Shown here piece after piece: positions 36,624 to 44,897 of a DNA stretch of 48,163 nucleotides (its first letter is position 1; every line of letters starts with the position of its first letter). Both the position numbers and the translations under genes were made by a program. The stretch comes from a virus (Duplodnaviria > Caudoviricetes): positions 1 to 48,163 of IMG/VR virus record IMGVR_UViG_3300020716_000011. One strand, 5' to 3'. The notes below the pieces were generated by a model. That model was given only the letters and a program-made list of their open reading frames with translations. It was not told where the DNA came from and searched no databases.

Positions 36624-37624
36624 GTTAAGGTGATGGGAGCCGTGACCGTCCGCCCCCGCTTGGAATCAAGCAGGAAGTAGGTTTGCTGCGGAGGTTCAAA
36701 GGGGGCTTTGATCTGTAACGAGAAGGCATTGTAGCCGATCAGCGAGCCGTTACTGACGACCTTCGGGGTCTGCATCTGGGTGTGCCAGTGGCCGTGGATA
36801 TCGAGGTCGGCGACCATGGCCTTGTTCCATGCGGCGATGGCTTTCTCCAGCGGGATGGTCAGCCCGCCGATGCCGCCCTCGTACCGGATGGCATCGCCAT
36901 GGTGAAGGCGGATTTTCTTGCCGAACACCTCGATGTAGACATGGTATCCAGTGGCGATGTGCCATTCCAGCTCTGGCAGCGCCTTCGCCAGCATGTGGTA
37001 CAGGAGCCACTCAAAGGAGTTCGCGGCCCCGGTAGCATGGCGGGGCTTCTTGGTCGTGCGACCATGGTTGCCGTAACAGCAGGGCACGATGATGCGCTTG
37101 AACTCGCCCGCAGCCTGCAAGTAGCGGATTCCAGAGATGACGCGCTCCATGACCCAGAGGATCGCCTCCACGGGGGAGAGGCCGTTCGTCTCCTGCAGCT
37201 CCTCGTGGATGTACCCTGTAATCAGGTCGCCTAGAAGGGCGAGGACGAGGGTGTCAATCTGAGTGCCTGCCCGTTCGATCTCGGTGAGCCGGACGATCGA
37301 GTTGAAGAACTTCTGGATGCGGACTTCAGCGATTGCGAGGTCGAACTCGTTCAGCCCGTTGACGCTATCGGCCCGAACAGTCTCCTCGCAGTGCCAGTCG
37401 GAGGCGATGGCGAACGCCACTGCCTCGGCGCGATTAGGAGCGGCGGGCACCAATACTGGTGGATTGACCCGTTGCTTCTTCAAGGCAAGTAGCAGATCGA
37501 GCTGCCCTTGCCGTTCCTGGAGCTCCTTGGAGTACTGTTTGATCAGGGCGTCCTTAGCCCGGATCGCCTCGGCATGCGCCCGAGCACTTTCGTTTCTCTG
37601 GACCTCGCCCCAGTTGGTTTTCAT
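36620..37624 (-). CDS. Calcineurin-like metallophosphoesterase
   Basis: SDWH, GDL, GNHGR, HHGD, GHWH motifs. Confidence 0.88.
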   Translation of the reverse strand: MKTNWGEVQRNESARAHAEAIRAKDALIKQYSKELQERQGQLDLLLALKKQRVNPPVLVPAAPNRAEAVAFAIASDWHCEETVRADSVNGLNEFDLAIAEVRIQKFFNSIVRLTEIERAGTQIDTLVLALLGDLITGYIHEELQETNGLSPVEAILWVMERVISGIRYLQAAGEFKRIIVPCCYGNHGRTTKKPRHATGAANSFEWLLYHMLAKALPELEWHIATGYHVYIEVFGKKIRLHHGDAIRYEGGIGGLTIPLEKAIAAWNKAMVADLDIHGHWHTQMQTPKVVSNGSLIGYNAFSLQIKAPFEPPQQTYFLLDSKRGRTVTAPITLT

Positions 37625-37803
37625 TTTTTGTGCCGTTTGAGCCAGTCGTGGAGGGCGGTCATGCCCGCGAGAATGGCGATAATAGAGGCGATGATTCTAA
37701 AGCCCCAGTCGAGATGCTCCTGCCATGCGGTAAGAGCACTCACTCCCGATACGGAGGTCATGGCAAGGGATACGGCATTGGCGCGAAGATGGGTGAGAAT
37801 CAT
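37621..37803 (-). CDS. Small membrane protein (holin-like)
   Basis: Hydrophobic helix with basic C-terminus (WLKRHKK). Confidence 0.5.
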   Translation of the reverse strand: MILTHLRANAVSLAMTSVSGVSALTAWQEHLDWGFRIIASIIAILAGMTALHDWLKRHKK

Positions 37804-38132
37804 GGGTCGGTATTGGAGCGGTTTTTAAGGTTCATCTCCGCGAAGTACACGAGGTGCTGTGCGTCGATGTGGTAAAGACCATTCCTCGGCTCTAGACCAA
37901 CGTCGGGTTGGAGCGGCGGTGTGTAGTTTTTGCCGTACTTAGCTACGAGCGCGTTGTATCGGTCGCGGGCATGGGTCGTAATCAGGGCACCGCCATCAGG
38001 GGTGAACCCGACCAATCCGCTATTCTGCGCGTTGCCGTCGTAACTAGCCTGCGCTGCGGGTGGCAGAATATCCGGAGCGACTGTGCACCCAGATAGGCCC
38101 AAGCAGAGAAGGATGACAGCAAGTCTGGTCAT
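37800..38132 (-). CDS. Lipoprotein (o-spanin-like candidate)
   Basis: Lipobox LSG-C after MTRLAVILLCLG. Confidence 0.6.
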   Translation of the reverse strand: MTRLAVILLCLGLSGCTVAPDILPPAAQASYDGNAQNSGLVGFTPDGGALITTHARDRYNALVAKYGKNYTPPLQPDVGLEPRNGLYHIDAQHLVYFAEMNLKNRSNTDP

Positions 38133-38317
38133 TCAGCCAGATCCTTTCGTAACCCGTCGAGATTCTGGTTCTTGACCTCGTCGGTAATCCGGGCTTCGGC
38201 GTCCGCTGCCTTTTTGGCCGAGACGTTCGCCTTTATTTCCGGGGTATTAGCCGCGTCCTGTCGGCCTCGGGCGAAGCCGAACAGGTTCGCGAAAAGATCT
38301 ATCAGAGCCGAGAGCAT
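38129..38317 (-). CDS. Small protein, i-spanin-like candidate
   Basis: Amphipathic N-terminus then coiled coil; coupled to downstream lipoprotein. Confidence 0.45.
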   Translation of the reverse strand: MLSALIDLFANLFGFARGRQDAANTPEIKANVSAKKAADAEARITDEVKNQNLDGLRKDLAE

Positions 38318-38322
38318 CTGGG

Positions 38323-38745
38323 TTAGCTCTTGGGCACCGCCGCTACCGCTTCATGTATGCCATTGGCGACGGCGGTAAGGAAGAGTTTCACGTCAGGCCG
38401 GACGCTGGCCGAGACTTGCTGCGCGTAACGCTTCTGGTAGGTAGCCCATGCCGCATTGATGAGGCCCGCCACAGTCTTGGCGTCCTGTTCGGAGAGCGAG
38501 GTTTTACCGAGGAAGGCTTGAACATCGTCTGCCGTGAGGGTGTCTCCGCTGAAGGAGCCCAACCCAGCTGCTACTGCTTCCGCCGCACCAATGTAGCTGG
38601 CGTTCTTGGTAAGGACGGGCACGAGACCAACGCTGATAACATCTTCCACAGCATTGGCCACGAGCTGCTGATTGGAAGTGGGTTCAACGGGCGCAGAAGT
38701 GCACCCGGCGAGGACGAGGAGAACAAGGACTAGGAACCGTTTCAT
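38323..38745 (-). CDS. Helical lipoprotein
   Basis: MKRFLVLVLLVLAG-C lipobox; start ATG 38745. Confidence 0.7.
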   Translation of the reverse strand: MKRFLVLVLLVLAGCTSAPVEPTSNQQLVANAVEDVISVGLVPVLTKNASYIGAAEAVAAGLGSFSGDTLTADDVQAFLGKTSLSEQDAKTVAGLINAAWATYQKRYAQQVSASVRPDVKLFLTAVANGIHEAVAAVPKS

Positions 38746-38746
38746 G

Positions 38747-39052
38747 TTAGATAGCGGGCGTTGATGTTGGAGGAGGCGGCTGCGGAGCCGCGAAGATGTT
38801 GGGAAAGGGGTTGTCCTTCTTGAAGGCGCGGACGTCGGCCAGCCCCGAGAAGAACGGAACCGCGAGCACATGAGCGACGGTGATCAAAACATGATGGTCG
38901 AAAACCATGGTCGTGGGCAGCTGACCGTCCGCCGCCGCGATACCGGCACCCGCTGGAGCCCCCACGGGGCAACCATCAAGGAATCCATCGATGAAGGCGG
39001 AGATAGCCCCGCCAAGCCAGAGTTGAAGGGCTGTACTGTTCTTGATAATCAT
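38747..39052 (-). CDS. Membrane protein (holin-like candidate)
   Basis: Two hydrophobic segments then FKKDNPFP. Confidence 0.5.
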   Translation of the reverse strand: MIIKNSTALQLWLGGAISAFIDGFLDGCPVGAPAGAGIAAADGQLPTTMVFDHHVLITVAHVLAVPFFSGLADVRAFKKDNPFPNIFAAPQPPPPTSTPAI

Positions 39053-39060
39053 GGGTAGAC

Positions 39061-39090
39061 GAGGTAGTTGGAGAAGTGGAGAATGTAAAG
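39061..39090 (-). promoter_or_regulatory. Putative promoter for envelope cassette (TTTACA-N17-TACCTC)
   Basis: Recurrent intergenic motif before ATG 39052. Confidence 0.5.
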
Positions 39091-39147
39091 TCTTTAGTGA
39101 ATAGGGGAACGGTGAATTGCCACGTCGTTTGGGCCACTCATGGGAAA

Positions 39148-39426
39148 TTACCTGATGCGGCGCGCGCGGATCATTCCGAACGCCTTGGCGTTGCCGGGCG
39201 AGGTGGTGTAATTGCAGTAAGCCGAGAAATAAACCGTTGTCGTCGTCGCGTCCGTCCCGGCCTGGCGCGCCACGCCGTTGATCACGTTCACCACGATTGG
39301 CTGGACGTCGTTGCGGATCCGGACCGCCAGCCAGAAAAGAAAAACCGCAAGAAGCAGCGGAATGAAAGGCCAGATTTTCTGGAGGTAATCCACGGCCGGT
39401 GTGTAGGTGGGCGTTGTCATTGGCAC
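39148..39426 (-). CDS. Apparent chimera: membrane-protein N-terminus fused to tail-fibre-like C-terminal remnant
   Basis: TM helix IWPFIPLLLAVFLFWLAV followed by TTTTVYF...AFGMIRARRIR. Confidence 0.5.
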   Translation of the reverse strand: MPMTTPTYTPAVDYLQKIWPFIPLLLAVFLFWLAVRIRNDVQPIVVNVINGVARQAGTDATTTTVYFSAYCNYTTSPGNAKAFGMIRARRIR

Positions 39427-39440
39427 AAGTCAGAAGTTTA

Positions 39441-40370
39441 TCAGGGCGTGTACGTGCCGCTGCTCGTGAAGGTGTGAAGCGTGCCGCCGTTCACCGAGGT
39501 GACCGTGCCGCCGGTCCCGCGCTGGGCGCCGGTGTACCAGATCATCACGACGCCGGATCCGCCGCCGCCGCCGTTGCCGGCTCCGCTGCCGCCCCAGAAG
39601 GCGCCGCCTCCGCCTCCGCCGCCGCCCGTGTTCGCGGTGGCATAGCCGCCATTAAGGAAGCTGCCCGCGGTGTATCCGCCCGCCCCGCCGCCGCCCTGGC
39701 CGCCGGTCCCGCCGACGCCGTTGTTGCCGCAGCCGCCGCCTCCGCCGCTGTAGTAGGTCGTGCTGCCCGTCGCGGCGTTCATGGCCTGGTAGCCGGCGCC
39801 GCCGTTCAGCTGGACCGTGGTCCCCGATTGCGAGCCCGTATAGACCGGGCTGCCGCCGCCGCCGCCGCCGGCATTGCCCGCAAAAACGGTTCCGCCCGTG
39901 TCCGATGCGAAGCCGGGCTTGCCTTGGTTGTTCGTGCCGGCGCCGCCATTGCCCTGCGTATTGTAGTTCCAGCCGCCGCCGCCGCCTGCGCCGCCGCCCA
40001 CGCCCGGGCTGCCCGTCGAGTCGTAGCCGCCTCCGCCTCCGCCCGTGGCGGTCAGGGACCCGAAGACGGAATTGCCGCCGTTGCCGCCCGTCCCGCCCAC
40101 GCCCGCGGATCCGCCGCCGCCCACGGTCACGGTGATCGCGCCGGTCCCTGGCGTCACGGTGTAGGTTGAATTGACGACGATGCCGCCGCCACCACCACCT
40201 CCGCCGTTGTTGTCGTAGGGCTGGGTCGACCCGCCGCCGCCGCCTCCGCCCGCGACGACGCAGGTGTATACGGTGTAGGACTGGGGGCTCGCCCCGAGGA
40301 AGATCTGCTGCGTGGATGCACAACAAAGCGCCGCGATCGCGAGCGCGAGGAGGAGGCGTAGGGCTTTCAT
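39441..40370 (-). CDS. Glycine-rich tail-tip / adhesin-like protein with signal peptide
   Basis: Many G5-G8 runs, VVAGGGGGG start, GGSGVVMIWY and LHTFTSSG end; directly after long fibre. Confidence 0.75.
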   Translation of the reverse strand: MKALRLLLALAIAALCCASTQQIFLGASPQSYTVYTCVVAGGGGGGGSTQPYDNNGGGGGGGGIVVNSTYTVTPGTGAITVTVGGGGSAGVGGTGGNGGNSVFGSLTATGGGGGGYDSTGSPGVGGGAGGGGGWNYNTQGNGGAGTNNQGKPGFASDTGGTVFAGNAGGGGGGSPVYTGSQSGTTVQLNGGAGYQAMNAATGSTTYYSGGGGGCGNNGVGGTGGQGGGGAGGYTAGSFLNGGYATANTGGGGGGGGAFWGGSGAGNGGGGGSGVVMIWYTGAQRGTGGTVTSVNGGTLHTFTSSGTYTP

Positions 40371-40373
40371 GGC

Positions 40374-43300
40374 TTAGTTGAGGTTCGTTCCGCTGATGAT
40401 CCATTCCGTCGTGGCGATCTTCAGCGCGGTGGCGACACCGTTAGCCGCAAGGGTACGAGAACCGGTTGTGCCAGCACCCGCCAAACGCATGGTGTCCGAT
40501 GTGATGGCGATGGTGACGGTGCCCGCGCTGTTCTGGTTGACGAACGTAATGGCTGTGCCAACGGCAAAAGCCACGCTGCTGTTGGCCGGAATGGTGAACG
40601 TGCGGGCTGTCGTGTCTGCGCTGGGGTGCAGGATATGCTTGCCGGAATCAGTTGCGACCAGCGTGTAGGCTGCGCTCTGCGAGTTCTGCGGGATGATGCG
40701 GACGTTGCCGATAGAATCGCCCAGCGTCGTGAATGAACCCGCTGCGGCTGTCGTTCCACCAATTGCCGGAGGAGACGCCAAGTAAGTGCTGAAGCCCGTG
40801 CCACTCACCGTCGAACTTGCGGAAAGCGTCGTGAATGAACCCGCTGCGGCTGTCGTTCCACCAATTGCCGGAGGAGACGCAAGATAAGTTGAAAAGCCGG
40901 TTCCGCTTACCGTTGAAGAAGCCGAAAGAGTGGTAAACGCGCCCGTGCTCGGCGTAGTTCCCCCGATCGCCGGCGGGCTGGCGAGGTAGGTGGAAAAGCC
41001 CGTCCCGCTAACTGTTGAGGAGGCGCTCAGTGTCGTCGCCGCCACGGTACTTGCGATCGTGGCACCGATTGGCGTCGAATTGATACCCGTAGAAGTCAAA
41101 GTCCCAACGGTGACGCCGTTGACGGAAAATAGGTGAGACCCGCCCGTAGGAGTGTTGTAATACAAACTCACGTCGCTACCGCCTCCGCCTGATAGGGAGA
41201 TCCCCGACGCAAAAACATTGGAATTGTTAAAACTCAAAACCCCATAGGTCGTTGAAGCGGAAAGATTGCTGAGCAAGATAGCGTTGGTTTGGCCTGACAC
41301 TTTGGAGGTCAGCGACGTGAAAGCGCCCGTGCTCGGCGTAGTTCCCCCGATCGCCGGCGGGCTGGCGAGGTACGTCGAGAAGCCCGTCCCGCTCACCGTC
41401 GACGACGCGCTGAGGGTCGTGAAGGCGCCCGTGTTGGCTGTCGTTGCGCCCACCGTGCCGTTAATGTTGATAGAAGCGGTGCCGGTAAGGTTGGTGACCG
41501 TGCCGCTGGAGGGCGTGCCTAGTGCGCCGCCATTCACAACAACCGAACCAGCCGTGCCAACATTTACACCTAGCGCGGTTTGGACGCCGGTGCCAAAGGT
41601 GATTGCTGATTGATAGTCCGTGCCAGCCGTAGCAATCGCCAGCGTGTTAGCCCCCGTCCGCTTAATAATGCCGGTAGAGCTTAGACCCGTGATGGTATCC
41701 TGCGTGATACTACCGCCAAGGGTCGTGCTTGTCCCGGCAATCGTGATAGACGAGTTGGACAGCGAAGCGTTGGCAATCGCCGAAATACTGAGAACGCCCG
41801 CCGAGGACATGGACATTGTTGCGCCGCTGCCCGACAGCGAAACCACGCCAAACGCCGTGCCACCCGCATTACCAACGTAAATCTGACCAGCCGAAGGAAC
41901 GGTGTTGGGGACAATGCTGGCTTTGGTCTGGACGTCATTCGTGACGCTGCCCAAGCCAACCTGTGTAGCAGTAATACCTGTAAGACCAGAGCCGTTGCCG
42001 GTGGTCGTCAGATATGTGTTTGTATCAACCGAAAGGGCACCAGTCCCACCCGAGGTCTTTACAAAGCCATTGCTCGTCAGATTAGACAGCGTGCTGATGT
42101 TTTGGCTGGTATTTACTGTGACTGTATTTACCGTGCGGGTAAGGCCAGTAGAGAACGTCAACGGAACTTCGTAATCCGTGCCCGCCGTTGCAATCGCCAG
42201 CGTATTGGCTCCGGTGCGCTTGACGAGGCCAGTCGAGGACAAGCCGGTAATCTGGTCTTGAGTGACGCTTCCGCCCAAGGCTGTGCTGTTGCCAGCGATG
42301 CCGATGGTGCTGTTGGCGAGCATCGTGTTCGTCACCTTGCCCGCGCCAATGGCCGTGGTGATGGCCGTCGTGCCCGAGCCGCTGACATCGCCCGACAGAG
42401 TGATGGTCTGGTTGCCGGTCAGGTATGTGTTGGTGTCGAAGGCCCAAGCGGTGCCGTTGTATCGCAAGAGGCCCGCCGAAAGGACGGGAAGGACCGAACC
42501 GCGCAGCCCCGTGACCGTCAGACTGGGGGAAAGGGAAGTGGCCCCCGAGGCCGTTCCACTGGCATCGCCACTGGCCGTCCAAGTGATGCTCTGATTGCCG
42601 GTCAGGTAGGTGCTGGTGTCCAGCGCAAAGGTGCCTGCTGCCGTCATCTTGACGAAGCTCGTGGAGGCATAGGTCAGGCCGGAGAGGCTGGTCAAGTTCG
42701 TGGCGAGAGGTTGGTAAGTGCTGGCGGCTGCGCTCGTGGTCAGATAGGTGTTGGTATCGATGCTCAATGCCCCGGTGCCGCCCGAGGTCTTCACGAAGCC
42801 GTTGGTCGTGAGGTTCGACAAGGTGCCGATGTTCTGGCTGGTGTTGACCGTGACGGTGCCCGAGGTAATGGTCAGGCCGGTGGAGAAGGTCAGCGGGGTC
42901 TGGTAGTCGGTGCCCGCCGTGGCCGCGCTCAGGGCCGTCCCGTTGCCCTTGACCATGCCGGTGACGGTGGTGGAGAGGGTGATGGCCGGGGTCGTGGTGG
43001 CGGTGGCGACCGTGCCCGCGAGTCCGTTAGCACTCACCACGGAGACCGAGGTGACAGTGCCGCCCGAGCCGGTGGCCATCAGGGTGCCGCCGCTGAAGCT
43101 CAGGCCCGAGCCAACTGTGACGTTGCTGAACCCACCAGTGCCGTTGCCATAGAGGATGCTGGTGCCCGAGGTGGCCGGGGCATAGCTGCTGGCATCAAAG
43201 GCCCAAGCAGTGCCGTTGTAACGCAAAAGACCCGACGCGAGGGTCGGGAGAGCCTTGCCCAGCAGACCGCCAACCGTGGGACTGGGATAACTGCCAGAAA

Positions 43301-44138
43301 GGTCGCCGGAGGCCGTGCCCGAGGGCGGTAGGGAAGAGGGTGTCCCGGTCAGTTTGGAATAGGCCAGCGAGGTCAGCCAAGTGGGGTTGGCGTAGCTGCT
43401 GCCGGTCGAGACCCCATCAGTGATGCCATAGCCGCTCAAGGTGGTCGGGGTGCCGGTGATGGATGACCATGCCCAAGTGGTCGGTGCCCCGGTCAGCTTC
43501 GAGTAGGCCAGCGCGGTAATCCACGAGGGGTTGCTGTAGCTGCCCGAGGTGCTCACGCCATCCGTGATGCCATAGCCCGACAGCGTGGTCGGGGTGCCAG
43601 TGATGCTGCTCCAAGGCCAAGTCGAGGGCACGGTCGGCTGGACCACCCATGAGCGCACCCCGGCGGTCGTGCTGCTCAGGACATAGCCGTTCACGCTCGG
43701 GTCGCCCAGCGAAGGCTCCTTGCCGTTCAGCGCGGTCTGGAGGTCGGTCTGGTTGGACAGGGTACCGGTAATCTGCCCCCACACGGCGATAAAGGGCGGC
43801 GCACCCGTAATCTTGCTCCAAGCGAGCGAGGTAATCCATGCCGGATTAGCGTAGCTGCTCGAGGTGCTCACGCCGTCTGTGATGCCGTAACCGGAAAGAG
43901 TGGTGGGTGTGCTGGTGATCTGGCTCCACGGAACAGTGCCTCCGGGGGCGATATTCGTGGCGATAATTTGGCCGGTGCCTGTCGCGCTTAAACTTTCACC
44001 AGAGGGGACGGTCAGGGAGCTATCAATGGCGTTGGAGCCGTTGTCGGTCCGCCGCTGGACGTTCTTGTAGGAGGGATACACGGTCTGCCCCAGTACGAGC
44101 ACCGGGAGCAAAAATGCAAATAGGAGAATCTTTTTCAT
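40374..44138 (-). CDS. Long repeat-rich tail fibre with signal peptide (1254 aa)
   Basis: WSSITGTPTTLSGYGITDG repeats, WGQITGTLSNQTDLQTALNGK, ATAGTDY repeats, C-terminal QNSQSAAYTLVATDSGK...EWIISG domain. Confidence 0.85.
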   Translation of the reverse strand: MKKILLFAFLLPVLVLGQTVYPSYKNVQRRTDNGSNAIDSSLTVPSGESLSATGTGQIIATNIAPGGTVPWSQITSTPTTLSGYGITDGVSTSSSYANPAWITSLAWSKITGAPPFIAVWGQITGTLSNQTDLQTALNGKEPSLGDPSVNGYVLSSTTAGVRSWVVQPTVPSTWPWSSITGTPTTLSGYGITDGVSTSGSYSNPSWITALAYSKLTGAPTTWAWSSITGTPTTLSGYGITDGVSTGSSYANPTWLTSLAYSKLTGTPSSLPPSGTASGDLSGSYPSPTVGGLLGKALPTLASGLLRYNGTAWAFDASSYAPATSGTSILYGNGTGGFSNVTVGSGLSFSGGTLMATGSGGTVTSVSVVSANGLAGTVATATTTPAITLSTTVTGMVKGNGTALSAATAGTDYQTPLTFSTGLTITSGTVTVNTSQNIGTLSNLTTNGFVKTSGGTGALSIDTNTYLTTSAAASTYQPLATNLTSLSGLTYASTSFVKMTAAGTFALDTSTYLTGNQSITWTASGDASGTASGATSLSPSLTVTGLRGSVLPVLSAGLLRYNGTAWAFDTNTYLTGNQTITLSGDVSGSGTTAITTAIGAGKVTNTMLANSTIGIAGNSTALGGSVTQDQITGLSSTGLVKRTGANTLAIATAGTDYEVPLTFSTGLTRTVNTVTVNTSQNISTLSNLTSNGFVKTSGGTGALSVDTNTYLTTTGNGSGLTGITATQVGLGSVTNDVQTKASIVPNTVPSAGQIYVGNAGGTAFGVVSLSGSGATMSMSSAGVLSISAIANASLSNSSITIAGTSTTLGGSITQDTITGLSSTGIIKRTGANTLAIATAGTDYQSAITFGTGVQTALGVNVGTAGSVVVNGGALGTPSSGTVTNLTGTASININGTVGATTANTGAFTTLSASSTVSGTGFSTYLASPPAIGGTTPSTGAFTSLTSKVSGQTNAILLSNLSASTTYGVLSFNNSNVFASGISLSGGGGSDVSLYYNTPTGGSHLFSVNGVTVGTLTSTGINSTPIGATIASTVAATTLSASSTVSGTGFSTYLASPPAIGGTTPSTGAFTTLSASSTVSGTGFSTYLASPPAIGGTTAAAGSFTTLSASSTVSGTGFSTYLASPPAIGGTTAAAGSFTTLGDSIGNVRIIPQNSQSAAYTLVATDSGKHILHPSADTTARTFTIPANSSVAFAVGTAITFVNQNSAGTVTIAITSDTMRLAGAGTTGSRTLAANGVATALKIATTEWIISGTNLN

Positions 44139-44139
44139 G

Positions 44140-44883
44140 TTAATAGAGGTTGCGCCAGACTTTCTGATTGGTGTCGGAGTAGTCTAAAGGCCGCTGGTAT
44201 GCACCCGCGACTGTGGGATGAGTAGAGGCCTCTAATCGCCACCCCTGCAACTGACCGGAGGTGGGGTCAACGTATTCGACGATGCAGTTGACCGGCTGAT
44301 TGGTCGTCGGAATACCATCGAGGTAATTCTGCCCGCCCGCATAGCCGAGGAGCGCGAGTACGGTGACGGTGTTGAGCGGCAATAGGCCGGGCATAAGCAC
44401 CGTGCCGGGATTGAGACTCAGCGGAGCATTGTAGACATTAAACGCCCCCGCGCCATAGACCAGCGCGTTACCCGCCGTTGTGATAGCCTGCACCGTCATC
44501 CAGTATTCGGCAAGGCCGTTACTGGAGAAGGGGAAGACGTTCATGTCCACCGCACTGAAGGCGATGATGCCGTTCTGCTCCGTACCGGCCACCCAGCCAA
44601 GGGCCGAAACCAAATCTGACCAGCTGGGATCCGCCCGGGAAACCGCTCGGGCGATGAGCGGCACCGTAGCCTCCGGATCGGCTTGAAAGGCGATCATGAT
44701 GTAGGCCACGTTGGAGAGGTCTACCGGGGCGTCGAATCCGTCGAAACAGCCAAGCTGGAACGATGCCGCCTGTCCGCGCCAGATCCTCGGGGCCATGCCC
44801 GTGAGGAGATCTAGCGGCGGAACTGGTGGATTGCTGAGCAACTTCAGTTGAAGCCGGATCGGGACTTGTTCGTATGTAGGCAT
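44140..44883 (-). CDS. Tail-associated protein (possible fibre adaptor)
   Basis: Real start likely ATG 44883 (MPTYEQVPIRL); the longer track ORF overlaps the upstream gene; between fibre genes. Confidence 0.6.
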   Translation of the reverse strand: MPTYEQVPIRLQLKLLSNPPVPPLDLLTGMAPRIWRGQAASFQLGCFDGFDAPVDLSNVAYIMIAFQADPEATVPLIARAVSRADPSWSDLVSALGWVAGTEQNGIIAFSAVDMNVFPFSSNGLAEYWMTVQAITTAGNALVYGAGAFNVYNAPLSLNPGTVLMPGLLPLNTVTVLALLGYAGGQNYLDGIPTTNQPVNCIVEYVDPTSGQLQGWRLEASTHPTVAGAYQRPLDYSDTNQKVWRNLY

Positions 44884-44897
44884 GGCTAGAATCTCCT

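Noticed and set aside
39652-40404. Arg-rich 250-aa ORF
   Set aside because: Alternative-frame reading of GGC glycine repeats
40723-41372. Possible diversity-generating retroelement template/variable repeats
   Set aside because: No reverse transcriptase seen; differences are synonymous rather than adenine-specific
42102-43331. 409-aa plus-strand ORF
   Set aside because: Antisense to the GC-rich fibre gene; composition typical of off-frame reading
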